Shown piece after piece: positions 20,450-30,595 of a DNA stretch of 64,000 nucleotides. The first letter of the stretch is position 1; every line of letters starts with the position of its first letter. Source of the DNA: a virus (taxonomy: Duplodnaviria > Caudoviricetes). Position numbers and translations under genes: made by a program. Below the pieces are notes generated by a model that had not been told where the DNA came from, searched no databases, and was given only the letters and a program-made list of their open reading frames with translations. Where the stretch lies: IMG/VR virus record IMGVR_UViG_3300032007_000001. The stretch is one strand, 5' to 3'.

Positions 20450-20525
20450 GCGACTGTAACTCAGTTGGTAGAGTAACTGACTTTTAATCAGTAAGTCGTG
20501 GGTTCAAGTCCCACCAGTCGCACCA
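20450..20525 (+). tRNA. tRNA-Lys(TTT)
   Basis: ACTGA-CT TTT AA-TCAGT; ACCA end; own TTTACT...TATAAT promoter. Confidence 0.94.
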
Positions 20526-20664
20526 CTTAAAAATTGAGAACCTTAAAAACAGAGCAATTTATGTTTTTAAGACATTAAAATAGATTGTTTTTAAGGTTCT
20601 TTTGTTGTATTTATAATTATATAAAGAATATTTCATGGACGAAAAATTAAAGGAGAGATGATTC

Positions 20665-22368
20665 ATGGACAGAAAAATTTCATTAAACAAATTGATTGTT
20701 GGGATTTTTAGTTTTGTATTGATTGTTGTTTGTAGTGTTTTAGCGTTTGTTTCTTACGAAGTTGCAAATGATGGTTTCGGGGTTTCACTTGGTATTAAAG
20801 CAGAATCTGATTTAAAAGCAGTTGAAGAAGTAATTGACTTAAAATATCCTGGAACTTGGGAAATTAAAAATAATGTTTTATATAAAGGAAACAAAAATTT
20901 TGAAGGATTAACAGAAGAATTAGAACCAATTAAATCTATGACTGGAGATAATATCACTATATTTAGAAATGATACACGTGTATCAACAACTTTTATTAAG
21001 GAAGATGGTTCTCGTCCAGTTGGGACAAAAGCTTCTAAAATGGTTATAAAAACAGTATTACAAGAAAACAAACCGTTTTCTGGCGAAGCTAATGTATTAG
21101 GAAAAAATTATTTTTCGGCTTATCACACAATTAAAGATAAAACAGGGAAAACAATTGGTATGTTGTTTGTTGGAATACCAACAGAAGAAATTGAACTACT
21201 TCAAAGTATTTTTATAAGAAAAATGGCAATGTTTTCAATAGCAATACTTTTAATTATTGGAATTATTTCATTTGTTAGTATTACAAAAGCTTTAACAGTT
21301 GTAGATGACTTAAAGAAAAATATTGAAATAATTGCTGAGGGCAAATTAGCAAAAGAAAGTACAATGCTCGGCCAAAGTAAAATTAAAGAAATGGACGATA
21401 TTATTAATAGCGTAAGAGCTATGAAAGTAGCATTTAGAAATACTGTAAGACAAATAATTGAAACATCTCAATCTGTTGCAGCTTCATCAGAACAACTTAC
21501 GGCTACATCTGCACAAACAGCGCAAAGTATAAATATTGTAGCAGAATCTACAGTTAAAATGGCAGAAAGCGCAGAACAACAATTGGATTTTGTTAAGAAA
21601 ACAAACGAAGAAGTAAATAACATGAAAATAAATCTTGAAAATCTAATTGCGTCTTCAGAAGAAATGCAAAATACTGTAAACACTGTTAACGAAAATACAA
21701 ATTCTGGTAAAGAAATAGTAGAAAAAGCAATCAATAATATTGATATTATGTCAGATAAAATTGACCAATCAGCTGACATCATAAAATCTCTTGGAGAACA
21801 TTCAAAAGATATTGGAAAAATAGTAGATACAATTTCTAATATTTCAGGTAAAACCAGTTTATTAGCATTAAATGCAGCTATTGAAGCAAGTCACGCTGGA
21901 GAAGCTGGAAAAGGATTTTCTGTTGTTGCTGAAGAGGTAAGAAAATTAGCAGAAGCCTCTCAGGAGTCATCAGACAATATTTCTGCAATCATAGACAAAG
22001 TCCAAAAGGAAATCAATAATGCAATTTCTTCGATGAACGAGTCAGTGTCTAAAGTGAAAGAATCAAAGGATATGATTTCAGAAACAGGAATAGCATTTAA
22101 TAAAATTGATAATTCTGTAGAAGAACTTTCTAAATCTGTGAAAGATTCGGTAGAAAATATCAATCAAGTACAAGAGGTTGGGAAATCAGTATCTGATGCA
22201 ATAACAAACATTGAAGAATTGTCTGGCGTTGCTGTTGGAGAAGCACAAAATGTATCTGCTTCAACAGAAGAACAAACAGCGTCAATGCAGGAAATCAGTG
22301 AAGCTTCAAATCAATTAGCAATAATGGCACAAGACTTACAAAACAATATAGCAAAATTTGATGTATAA
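20665..22368 (+). CDS. Methyl-accepting chemotaxis protein with Cache sensor domain
   Basis: TM1-Cache (TRVSTT...[12 protein letters not shown])-TM2-HAMP-like-signalling domain [32 protein letters not shown]. Confidence 0.93.
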   Translation: MDRKISLNKLIVGIFSFVLIVVCSVLAFVSYEVANDGFGVSLGIKAESDLKAVEEVIDLKYPGTWEIKNNVLYKGNKNFEGLTEELEPIKSMTGDNITIFRNDTRVSTTFIKEDGSRPVGTKASKMVIKTVLQENKPFSGEANVLGKNYFSAYHTIKDKTGKTIGMLFVGIPTEEIELLQSIFIRKMAMFSIAILLIIGIISFVSITKALTVVDDLKKNIEIIAEGKLAKESTMLGQSKIKEMDDIINSVRAMKVAFRNTVRQIIETSQSVAASSEQLTATSAQTAQSINIVAESTVKMAESAEQQLDFVKKTNEEVNNMKINLENLIASSEEMQNTVNTVNENTNSGKEIVEKAINNIDIMSDKIDQSADIIKSLGEHSKDIGKIVDTISNISGKTSLLALNAAIEASHAGEAGKGFSVVAEEVRKLAEASQESSDNISAIIDKVQKEINNAISSMNESVSKVKESKDMISETGIAFNKIDNSVEELSKSVKDSVENINQVQEVGKSVSDAITNIEELSGVAVGEAQNVSASTEEQTASMQEISEASNQLAIMAQDLQNNIAKFDV

Positions 22369-22448
22369 AAACATAAATTATAGAAGTGCAATTCTATTTT
22401 TAGGATTGCACTTTATTTTTTTATAAATAAGATAAAGAGGTAAAAATC

Positions 22449-23129
22449 ATGTTTGTAAAAAGATATATAGAAGCTAGTAAAAAAGAAGCTAAAGGAATTA
22501 AAAATATTATCAAAAGAAGAATGTTTCTTGCTTATAGACTAAAAATAGCTGAGATTATAGAAGACTTAAAAACGTTTAATGACCTTAAAAAATATTTTGT
22601 TACAAAAAATGAAGCTGACAAAAAATTAAAAGAATTACAAAAACAACAAAAAGATAATGAAAATGTAAGAATAGATAGTGAAGACATAGATTGGTATGAA
22701 ATAAATGACGATAAGGAAGAATTTTATATTTATAGTACATTTGTATTGAGCGAAACAAATAAAATAGATGAAACATATGAAAAAAATACTCATAATATGC
22801 AAAAAAATCATTATATGATAGGAAAATGTTGTTTAGTAGAATTAAGAAGAAGAGGATATGATGATTTTGTAACGCTTGCTGGAATATATTCAACAAATAA
22901 TCCTAAAATGATAGGACGTAAAATATATAAAACAAAAAAAATAGGCGAAACCATAAAAGAAATACAAACAAATGGAATACTGTGTTATGGCGAACATTTT
23001 AAGATTGCAGACGATATATATATGGATTTTCAACAGATAAATGATTTTGCTGAACAAAAACTAAAGGAAGAAATACACTTAAAATTGCAACAACACAATG
23101 AAGAACAAAAACAACAACAAAGTGCATAA
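22449..23129 (+). CDS. Hypothetical protein
   Basis: GAGG RBS; 226-aa ORF. Confidence 0.65.
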   Translation: MFVKRYIEASKKEAKGIKNIIKRRMFLAYRLKIAEIIEDLKTFNDLKKYFVTKNEADKKLKELQKQQKDNENVRIDSEDIDWYEINDDKEEFYIYSTFVLSETNKIDETYEKNTHNMQKNHYMIGKCCLVELRRRGYDDFVTLAGIYSTNNPKMIGRKIYKTKKIGETIKEIQTNGILCYGEHFKIADDIYMDFQQINDFAEQKLKEEIHLKLQQHNEEQKQQQSA

Positions 23130-23177
23130 AACTATTTACAAATAGTCAATTTTATGTTATAATCTCAAAAAAAAGAG

Positions 23178-23669
23178 GTGAATAACATGAAAGGCTTAAA
23201 CAACAAAATGAAAGAAATAGCATTTTTTTTAGAAAAATTTGTACATAAAAGCAATGGATGCTATGTAGATATAAATTTTTCAAATGAAAATGATATTGGA
23301 AAAATTTGTAAAATTTTTACTATATGTATATCATATACAAATACAATTTTTTGTAGAAAAAACAAATATCCTTTTTATTCATATGATTATACAATCGACC
23401 TAATTTGTAAAAAGTCTGAAGAAAACGATATTATTTTTGATAATTCACAAATTCTATGGACAAAAAAAGCAACAATTACATTTATGATAAAAGATATAGA
23501 CGAAATGAAAAAAGTTGTTTCTGGAGAATTGAACGATATATTTAATAAATATGTCGTAAATACAGAACCAGCTAAAATAACAATGTGTGTTCCACCAGAA
23601 ATTAATGACCCCAATTATAGAGAACACATGAATGAATACATTAAAAATAAATTGGAAGGTAAAATCTAA
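23178..23669 (+). CDS. Hypothetical protein
   Basis: Follows TTTACA-N17-TATAAT promoter at ~23135. Confidence 0.6.
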   Translation: MNNMKGLNNKMKEIAFFLEKFVHKSNGCYVDINFSNENDIGKICKIFTICISYTNTIFCRKNKYPFYSYDYTIDLICKKSEENDIIFDNSQILWTKKATITFMIKDIDEMKKVVSGELNDIFNKYVVNTEPAKITMCVPPEINDPNYREHMNEYIKNKLEGKI

Positions 23670-23680
23670 AATAAAAATGG

Positions 23681-23789
23681 AGGGTGTTCTGATATATCTT
23701 TTTGAAATTGCATTAACGTACGAATGCAATGGATAATGATGAATATAATGACGGTCGCGACTGACTCCGATAAATGTCACACCCTGCCA
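23681..23789 (+). ncRNA. tRNA-like element (acceptor stem plus GCCA, non-canonical body)
   Basis: AGGGTGT/ACACCCT 7-bp stem then G-CCA; internal ATTGCATT/AATGCAAT hairpin; terminator 23800-23820. Confidence 0.4.
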
Positions 23790-23903
23790 GAAAAAATTCA
23801 AGCCAACAATGTTGGCTTTTTATTTTTATAAAAATAGTAAATGATTTTTTAAATAAAATAAAAAAGCAATTGTTGCTAAAAATTTTTAATTGGAGGTAAG
23901 ATT

Positions 23904-24521
23904 ATGTTAGGAGCATGGGAAGTAAAAGTTAGTACTAGCGGTATGCCGCAGAAAGTAGCAACTGCATTTGACCAGCTTAATGAAATGGTTGGTGCTGAAT
24001 ATACTTTTGTAGCATATCTTGGTAGTCAGGTTGTGAATGGCACTAATCATGCTGTTCTCGCAGAACAGACTATCGTCGCTGGCAAAGACACAAAGAATGC
24101 CGTAGTTGTTATTTTCCGCGAAACCAAGGAAGGCGTAGCACTTTCTGGTATTGAACGCGTTCTTGAAACCGGCGGAGAACTTGGTGGAATTAAAGTAGAC
24201 GTTACTACTAATATTCCAGCAGAAGCAAAAGATGCTTTCACTACGACTATGGAAGGATTTGTTGGATGCAAGATTGAATTGATTGCTCTCCTTGGAACAC
24301 AGATGACAAAGGGCAATAACTATATCTTCGCTGCAACTTCAACAAGTGTTACACCAGAACCTGAAACAAAAGTTTGCATGATTACAGTCAATCCAATGAC
24401 TAAGGACATTGCATTTGCAGATTTGCTCGCAGCAAAACATGATGTTATGTCACTTGGTTATGCATTTACTTGGTTGAAACGCGGTACATCCTTTGGTGCA
24501 CCTCTTGGCGAATGGCCATGA
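23904..24521 (+). CDS. Internally duplicated protein ending PLGEWP*
   Basis: Two repeats of P....AF......VG......A.LG.Q...G.N; GGAGG RBS. Confidence 0.75.
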   Translation: MLGAWEVKVSTSGMPQKVATAFDQLNEMVGAEYTFVAYLGSQVVNGTNHAVLAEQTIVAGKDTKNAVVVIFRETKEGVALSGIERVLETGGELGGIKVDVTTNIPAEAKDAFTTTMEGFVGCKIELIALLGTQMTKGNNYIFAATSTSVTPEPETKVCMITVNPMTKDIAFADLLAAKHDVMSLGYAFTWLKRGTSFGAPLGEWP

Positions 24522-24534
24522 TAGGAGAAACATT

Positions 24535-24708
24535 ATGTCTGATATTCAAGAATATAACCAAATTGACATTGAAAACGATTCATTGACTGTTGTAAGAGCA
24601 AAGATTGAAGCAATTGCAAAATCTCTTCGTAATCGCGCAGCAAACAACAGTAATGAATCAGAAGAAATCAATAATATGCTTAGTAAACCGCTTGGTGAAT
24701 GGCCTTAA
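24535..24708 (+). CDS. 57-aa protein ending KPLGEWP*
   Basis: AGGAG RBS; paralog of 24725. Confidence 0.7.
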   Translation: MSDIQEYNQIDIENDSLTVVRAKIEAIAKSLRNRAANNSNESEEINNMLSKPLGEWP

Positions 24709-24724
24709 TTAAAGGAGAATAATT

Positions 24725-25006
24725 ATGGCAAATATTCCAGAGTATAATCAAATTGATATTGATAACGATTCACTAGTAGTAATTACGGCTAAAATAGAAG
24801 CACTTGCCAAAGCACTTCGTCAACGCGCTGAAAAGACTACTAATGAAAAAGAAAAATCATATCTAAAAACAATTCTTTCAAAACCATTGATTCAATTAAG
24901 TCCTGAAGCTAAAGGCGAAGTAATTGAGCCAGTAGAACCAATTCAAAAAGAAGAAATTCTTGGAAATCCTGGGTCAGTACTTGGAAAACCACTTGCAGAA
25001 TGGTAA
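24725..25006 (+). CDS. 93-aa protein ending KPLAEW*
   Basis: AAAGGAG RBS; EYNQIDI.NDSL.V..AKIEA shared with 24535. Confidence 0.72.
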   Translation: MANIPEYNQIDIDNDSLVVITAKIEALAKALRQRAEKTTNEKEKSYLKTILSKPLIQLSPEAKGEVIEPVEPIQKEEILGNPGSVLGKPLAEW

Positions 25007-25083
25007 TTTTAAGAAAGCCGGTATAAACTATGCCGGCTTTTTTATTTTTCTAATAGAAAATTAATTGAATGGGAGAAAAGACT

Positions 25084-25605
25084 ATGAATATCATAAAAAA
25101 CAGATTACAAAAATTAGCAGAAAATAAATTTTCGTATAAATTTGCTTCTAATTGGGTATATTGGGTAGAAGGATTTGATAAGATGGAAGAAGAACTACCA
25201 GAATATTGGTCAGAATTTTATAGAGAAGCAAAAGAATTTGTAGAAAATGACTTTAATTCTTTTAAGAATGAATTTGTAGAAATAGCACAAAGAGATATAC
25301 CAAGCATTATTGATTTAGCCTTTACATTAAAGCAAGACGATGCTATTATGACTGTAACGTATAACGAAGAACCAACCGATGATATATTGGAAAAAACAAA
25401 AAATTGGATAGAAGGACAATATAGTGACGGTTGGGGAGAAGGATTAGAACAAAATGCTTTTTCCACTTATGAAGATGAAGATGAAATGGATTATGAAGAT
25501 GAAGAAACTGGTGAAACATATACAGAATATGAACCAGTACAACGAAATATTTCTGTAAAATTACATCCTTTTGAACAAAAATTTTCGATAAATGTCTTAA
25601 AATAA
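25084..25605 (+). CDS. Acidic protein with basic N-terminal leader (MNIIKNRLQKLAE)
   Basis: GGGAG RBS; WIEGQYSDGWGEGLEQ motif. Confidence 0.7.
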   Translation: MNIIKNRLQKLAENKFSYKFASNWVYWVEGFDKMEEELPEYWSEFYREAKEFVENDFNSFKNEFVEIAQRDIPSIIDLAFTLKQDDAIMTVTYNEEPTDDILEKTKNWIEGQYSDGWGEGLEQNAFSTYEDEDEMDYEDEETGETYTEYEPVQRNISVKLHPFEQKFSINVLK

Positions 25606-25640
25606 TAAAAGAGAAGTCATAATGACTTCTCTTAATTTTT

Positions 25641-25717
25641 TGGCAGAGGCGGTAGGAGTCGGACCTACGAATATTCGGGTCAAAGCCGAACGTGTTCAAC
25701 CACTTCACCACGCCCCT
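25641..25717 (-). tRNA. tRNA-Gln(TTG)
   Basis: TTCGG-CT TTG AC-CCGAA; GCCA end; T-loop TCCGACT variant. Confidence 0.9.
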
Positions 25718-25757
25718 ATTTTAAGTATGCAATTTGTATAAATGTTTTGTTTTTAAT

Positions 25758-25834
25758 TGGAGCGTACAGTTGGATTTGAACCAACGAATAACGGTTTTGC
25801 AGACCGTGCCCTTAGACCACTTGGGTATGTACGC
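25758..25834 (-). tRNA. tRNA-Cys(GCA)
   Basis: ACGGT-CT GCA AA-ACCGT; TCCA end. Confidence 0.93.
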
Positions 25835-25836
25835 AT

Positions 25837-25914
25837 TGGCTCCCGAGGTAGGACTCGAACCTACGACCTACGGTTTAACAGACCGTTGCTAACCACCAGC
25901 TGAGCTACTCGGGA
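25837..25914 (-). tRNA. tRNA-Asn(GTT)
   Basis: ACGGT-CT GTT AA-ACCGT; GCCA end. Confidence 0.93.
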
Positions 25915-25919
25915 ATATT

Positions 25920-26005
25920 TGGTTGGTCGGGTAGGATTTGAACCTACGAAGGATTACTCCGCGTGATTTACAGTCACGATGCTTTAACCACTTGCATACC
26001 GGCCA
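25920..26005 (-). tRNA. tRNA-Tyr(GTA)
   Basis: CGTGA-CT GTA AA-TCACG; long variable arm; ACCA end. Confidence 0.9.
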
Positions 26006-26038
26006 TTATATTTTTTAATACTTTATCAAACAATAGAT

Positions 26039-26067
26039 ATTATATCATGTTTCAATAAATTTGTAAA
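26039..26067 (-). promoter_or_regulatory. sigmaA-type promoter of tRNA cluster 2
   Basis: TTTACA-N17-TATAAT with TG. Confidence 0.78.
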
Positions 26068-26083
26068 TATTTTTTTATGAAAA

Positions 26084-26356
26084 TCAAAGACCAAATGTTG
26101 TTATAATTATTTTTTTGCTATTAAAAATTTTTTTTATGATTTCATCTTCAAAAGAATATGTCCAATGTTTATTATTTTTTCTAAAGTGTCTCTTCAATTC
26201 TTTTTTATCAAACATTTTGCACGGTTCGAATAAAAAATTAGTTGTATTATCCATAAAAAATGCTATTTGATAATTCATTACAACAAGATAGCAATCTAAA
26301 TAAAATTTTATACCATGTATTTCAAATGTATGATAATACTTCATTTTTATTCTCAT
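26084..26356 (-). CDS. C-terminal GL family protein
   Basis: Ends ITTFGL*. Confidence 0.7.
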   Translation of the reverse strand: MRIKMKYYHTFEIHGIKFYLDCYLVVMNYQIAFFMDNTTNFLFEPCKMFDKKELKRHFRKNNKHWTYSFEDEIIKKIFNSKKIIITTFGL

Positions 26357-26601
26357 AATCCAATCTTTTCCAATAAAACACCCTTAAATATTGAAATGGC
26401 GAAGTCACTATTATCTGGATTTAGTTCTTCTATATATCCATCTTGACTTGTTGAAAATGAAAAATTATCATAATTAAAAATTATTTCTACTTTTTTGTTA
26501 TTTACATAAACCATACCGCCTATAATGCGTTTTTGCCTCGTATAAAATTCATAAAAATTAAAATTCATTATGTCATATGGCATATCAATATCCCACTTCA
26601 A
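26353..26601 (-). CDS. C-terminal GL family protein
   Basis: Ends LEKIGL*. Confidence 0.7.
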   Translation of the reverse strand: MKWDIDMPYDIMNFNFYEFYTRQKRIIGGMVYVNNKKVEIIFNYDNFSFSTSQDGYIEELNPDNSDFAISIFKGVLLEKIGL

Positions 26602-26821
26602 TCATAAAATATTTTTTTCTATCTTCTACAACAAGAGCGCATGGACCAACAAATCTATAACTACTAAAATAATCAAAAATCTCGTCAAAGATTGTATCTT
26701 TTTCTAATGCACGACATAAATCTTTTGATGATTTTGGATAAACGTTAAGAGCTAATCTATTTAATTGTTTATTTTGAGTTAAAATAAAATCAATATATGA
26801 TTGGTAGCTTATAATCTTCAT
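26585..26821 (-). CDS. C-terminal GL family protein
   Basis: ATGA overlap with upstream stop; ends MIEVGY*. Confidence 0.68.
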   Translation of the reverse strand: MKIISYQSYIDFILTQNKQLNRLALNVYPKSSKDLCRALEKDTIFDEIFDYFSSYRFVGPCALVVEDRKKYFMIEVGY

Positions 26822-27174
26822 GTAATTTTCCATTCTCCGTCTGGACGCATTTTCGCTAAAGCTAAAAGTTGATTTAATGCTCGTTTCGCATTGCCTTCTG
26901 TAGCATTCCAATAATTGGAATCCACATTATCTTTAAGTTTATTGATAGCACTTTGAAGAATTGGAATTGAATCAACAGCCGACATACCTTCAATTTTATG
27001 AATTCCGTCTTTACCCATCACTTTTTGGAAAATACTGCTATAATTATATGTAATATTTAACCACATTTCTTTCGTACCACCAACAACATATGTCCCACCG
27101 GTCATGAGATGCTCTGTAGTGGTCTCTAACACTTCTTTTGTTACTGGGTCAATAAGATACATGTCGTAACTCAT
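26818..27174 (-). CDS. Conserved hypothetical phage protein
   Basis: AAAGGAG RBS; MSYD.YL, LNITYNYS, YW.ATEGNAKRAL.QL, PDG.W motifs. Confidence 0.75.
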   Translation of the reverse strand: MSYDMYLIDPVTKEVLETTTEHLMTGGTYVVGGTKEMWLNITYNYSSIFQKVMGKDGIHKIEGMSAVDSIPILQSAINKLKDNVDSNYWNATEGNAKRALNQLLALAKMRPDGEWKIT

Positions 27175-27192
27175 AATGCATTCTCCTTTCCC

Positions 27193-27549
27193 TTATAGCC
27201 CTATTCTTTGGATTAAATTTAATCTTTTATAAAAATTCTTAACAACTTCTATAATTGCATTTTTTTCTTCATTAGTAAAGTAATCTTTTATAGTTTTTAA
27301 GATATATTTTTTTGTAAAAATATCATATTCATCTAATGTTTCGCAATATTCTTTCCCATTACATTTTACAATCAAATCACTTGTATAAATTTTCCTAAGT
27401 GCTATACCAAATGTATTGATACGCATTGTTCTCAATATACCTAAGTTAATTATTACAAGTATATTTCTATTTTCGCGAATAACGTAACTTCCAGTAAATT
27501 GTCCATGATTACTGGAGAATGATTTTTCTTGTACTTTATAGTCCATCAT
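27193..27549 (-). CDS. C-terminal GL family protein
   Basis: Ends IQRIGL*. Confidence 0.7.
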   Translation of the reverse strand: MMDYKVQEKSFSSNHGQFTGSYVIRENRNILVIINLGILRTMRINTFGIALRKIYTSDLIVKCNGKEYCETLDEYDIFTKKYILKTIKDYFTNEEKNAIIEVVKNFYKRLNLIQRIGL

Positions 27550-27820
27550 GCAAAACCTTTTTATAAAATGATTGACGAATGATTTTATCTATCCATTTAT
27601 AATATCTAGCAAAGACTATCTTTCTTTTTAGATTCATTCTTTGAGATATTCTTTTCATATCATTAAAGTAGTCGTTATTGTATCTTATGACAATAGTTTC
27701 TCTAAAAGAATCGTTTAAGATAAAAACTGCATAAATTTTATTAAATTCATATTTTTCGCTGAGCAATAGATTTATTTTCAATTGTATGTCATTGTTTTTC
27801 AAAGAAAAAATTTCTTTCAT
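27536..27820 (-). CDS. C-terminal GL family protein
   Basis: Ends VLHDGL*. Confidence 0.68.
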   Translation of the reverse strand: MKEIFSLKNNDIQLKINLLLSEKYEFNKIYAVFILNDSFRETIVIRYNNDYFNDMKRISQRMNLKRKIVFARYYKWIDKIIRQSFYKKVLHDGL

Positions 27821-28140
27821 AATCCGTTAACTCCAATAAAATTATTGTAGTATTTATGCAAAATATCTATAATTTCTTTATTCGAATTTATGAGGTATCT
27901 TTGTGCTATTGGGTCTAAATTTGAATTTTTGATTTCAATGAATAGATATTGTGATAAGAAATTTATGAAATTTGGAAACAAAATAAATGTAAAGATAGCA
28001 TTGTATTGATAAGAATGACCATCATGATATGGCACATAAGTTGTTACTTGCATATATATTTTATCTATTGATGGGTCGAAACTGTTTTTAAGTCTTAGAA
28101 AAATAGTTTTATTGATATTTTCGCTGACTTCAAATTCCAT
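27817..28140 (-). CDS. C-terminal GL family protein
   Basis: First gene after promoter 28157-28185; ends IGVNGL*. Confidence 0.68.
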   Translation of the reverse strand: MEFEVSENINKTIFLRLKNSFDPSIDKIYMQVTTYVPYHDGHSYQYNAIFTFILFPNFINFLSQYLFIEIKNSNLDPIAQRYLINSNKEIIDILHKYYNNFIGVNGL

Positions 28141-28218
28141 AAAAATCACCAAATACATTGTACCATAAATTCAAAATAATGTAAATAAAAAAGAGGTTAA
28201 AAACCTCTTTTTAAATTA

Positions 28219-28712
28219 TTAAAGTCTATCAAAAATATTATTTACAATATCGTCTACAAGATACTTTTTCAAACTTGATAAATCATAATTTGTATTTATA
28301 TATTTTAATATTTTTTCTTTTACAATATTTTCGTTTCTGTTTGTTTTATATATTTTTTTACAATCTTTTAAAATTTTGTCTTCATTATAATTAATTTCAT
28401 GAAGAGAATTTGCTGTATCTATATCCATATAACAATCACAATTTTCTACATCATTAAACGGAACATACATCATTGTTACTATTTCTCTATCATCTTTATT
28501 ATATTTATCATCTTCTTTTTCATCATTGTCTGGCCATTCAAGGATATCATCATCATAACTATAGTCACTGTCATCATAATCGTTTTCTATGTCGCATATT
28601 TCTCCGTAATCATTTATATAACATTCTCTTTCTTCCATAGAAGAAGTATCAAATCCAGTATAATATCAACTCTTGCTATTTTCTTTCTAAGTCTTTTTGT
28701 TATTGCATTCAT
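28219..28712 (-). pseudogene. Acidic protein with MNAITKRLRKKIA leader, frameshifted (1 nt missing)
   Basis: GAGGT RBS before ATG 28712; one added T near GAT.ATT joins the leader to ORF 28219..28638. Confidence 0.55.
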
Positions 28713-28815
28713 TTGTTTTTACCTCACTTAATTAATCAATTTTAATATATATAAACATTCCATATAAAAAAATTACAAAAATAAAAAGCGAAGCGTTTGC
28801 TTCGCTGTAATTTTC

Positions 28816-29179
28816 TGGTGGAGATGAGGAGAATCGAACTCCTGTCCGAAACAAGACTTCAAATGGGTCATTACCGCTGCTAGCTGGCTTATCGCACCAG
28901 TATACGTATAAAAGAAAGGGGGATTTGATGAAAATGGTTTTCTTAATTCTTAAGAAAAGTCCAAAGAAATAGTGGGAATTATCTGAAACCCAGTAGCGGC
29001 TTCTCCACAGTCTTACTGGGGGCTGGTAAAGCGTGGCAGACTTACGCCGGCATTACCTTACGCAGCGATGGCAACATAATCGTTGTCAGTTATTTTTTTG
29101 AAACGTTTTTTAGGATTCAGTTTCTTCATCCCGCGGAACCTCAAATGATTTCTCATCCCGTCGAAACCATTGCATCCCC
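28816..29179 (-). ncRNA. ssrA: tmRNA
   Basis: 5' GGGGATGCAATGGTTTCGACGGG; 3' GGAGTTCGATTCTCCTCATCTCCACCA; tag (A)DNDYVAIAA* after ATAACT. Confidence 0.95.
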
Positions 29180-29239
29180 AATATTCAATTTTATGTATTT
29201 ACAACATAATATATGTTTGTGTTGAAGTAATAACCATTT

Positions 29240-29390
29240 TTAAGTAAAGAGGAAGAGACATTGGTTTTGATGATTTTCACAGGAAGAATGAACTTGAACC
29301 AATGTCTCTACTCCAATAACGAAGGCTTTTAGCGAGGTTGTAAATATACAAAGGAGGCTGCAAAATACAGAGAGGCCTCGCTTCAAGCTT
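29240..29390 (-). ncRNA. Putative two-hairpin sRNA with anti-SD loop (copy 2), upstream of tmRNA
   Basis: Promoter 29397-29425; GCGAGG/CCTCGC stem enclosing CCTCCTTT; AAAAGCCTTCGTTATTGGA linker; AGACATTGGTT/AACCAATGTCT stem. Confidence 0.62.
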
Positions 29391-29434
29391 GAAGATATTA
29401 TACCATAGAATTTCTAAAAAGTAAATAACTTTAG

Positions 29435-30385
29435 TTATACAATTTTTGAAGCACAAAGACCATCACACGTTTCTGTAAAATTAGAACATTTATAACACGG
29501 TGTTTTTTGAAAATTATTTTGCATATATTGATTATATCTTTCTTTTAATACTTTTATAAGAATTTTTGGATTTCTAAAATCGAAAACATTATCTACTTTA
29601 ATAAATTTTGAAGATGAACACCAAACAACAGAATTATCAACTAAAATATCGAGAGGCGGTACTTTCTTATAACAGCATATGGTACTAAACTTAATTTTAT
29701 TTTTATATTTTGTGGTAAATAATTTAATGGTTTCTTGTTTTACTTCGCATTCATTGATTGAACAATCAAACCCAAATGTTGTTTCTGGATAAACATCTAA
29801 TATTTTTTCCATAAAATATACAACATCATTGCCGCTATCGTGCTTAAAATCATATTTAATCTTAAAATTTGGAGTCATCGGAGCAACCCTTACATTAATA
29901 TATTCTCTATTTAAGATTCTTATTGTATTTAATATTCTATCTATAGATTTATCTATATCATCCTTATTTGGAAGCAATGTTGTTCCTATACTCATATAAA
30001 AATTATTTGGAATGCGACTCACATTTTCTTCAAATTGTTTTTTTTGTGAATCGTTATAATCACAATTAATTAACATTCCGCTAATGATGCTTAAATTTTT
30101 TAAGAAAATATCTATTTTATCTGATGAAACATTAAAATTTGTAAGAAACCCAATTGATTTATTATTTTCATTAAATACATCAAATAATCCTTGTAAATCA
30201 GAATACAAAAGCGGTTCTCCACCAAAAACTTTTATATTTTTCATTTTTGGAGCCCATTTAAGTATTTTGTCTATATTTTCTAGAGTCATTTCTCGTTTAG
30301 GTATCTTATCATTTGACAAATACCATTCTTTTTGAAAACAGAATTCACATCTTCTATTGCATTCATTTGTAATTGATATATTCAT
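29435..30385 (-). CDS. Radical SAM protein with C-terminal Cys cluster (SPASM-like)
   Basis: CNRRCEFC, FGGEPLLY; C-terminal CYKC....CDGLC. Confidence 0.88.
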   Translation of the reverse strand: MNISITNECNRRCEFCFQKEWYLSNDKIPKREMTLENIDKILKWAPKMKNIKVFGGEPLLYSDLQGLFDVFNENNKSIGFLTNFNVSSDKIDIFLKNLSIISGMLINCDYNDSQKKQFEENVSRIPNNFYMSIGTTLLPNKDDIDKSIDRILNTIRILNREYINVRVAPMTPNFKIKYDFKHDSGNDVVYFMEKILDVYPETTFGFDCSINECEVKQETIKLFTTKYKNKIKFSTICCYKKVPPLDILVDNSVVWCSSSKFIKVDNVFDFRNPKILIKVLKERYNQYMQNNFQKTPCYKCSNFTETCDGLCASKIV

Positions 30386-30595
30386 TATTTCACTTCTTTC
30401 TTTTTTCAATTTATCTTATTCAAAGTGTACTTTTATTTTAATTTATGATAGAATAATCATGCTAAAAGAATTTTTCCAAGATTAATTGGATGGGATTAAT
30501 TTCTCATCCAATTTTTCTTTTTATAAAGGAAAAGAGATGAGTAGTGTGGGTTACTCATCTCTTTTCTATATATAGAGGAGGTATAGTGATGTCAA

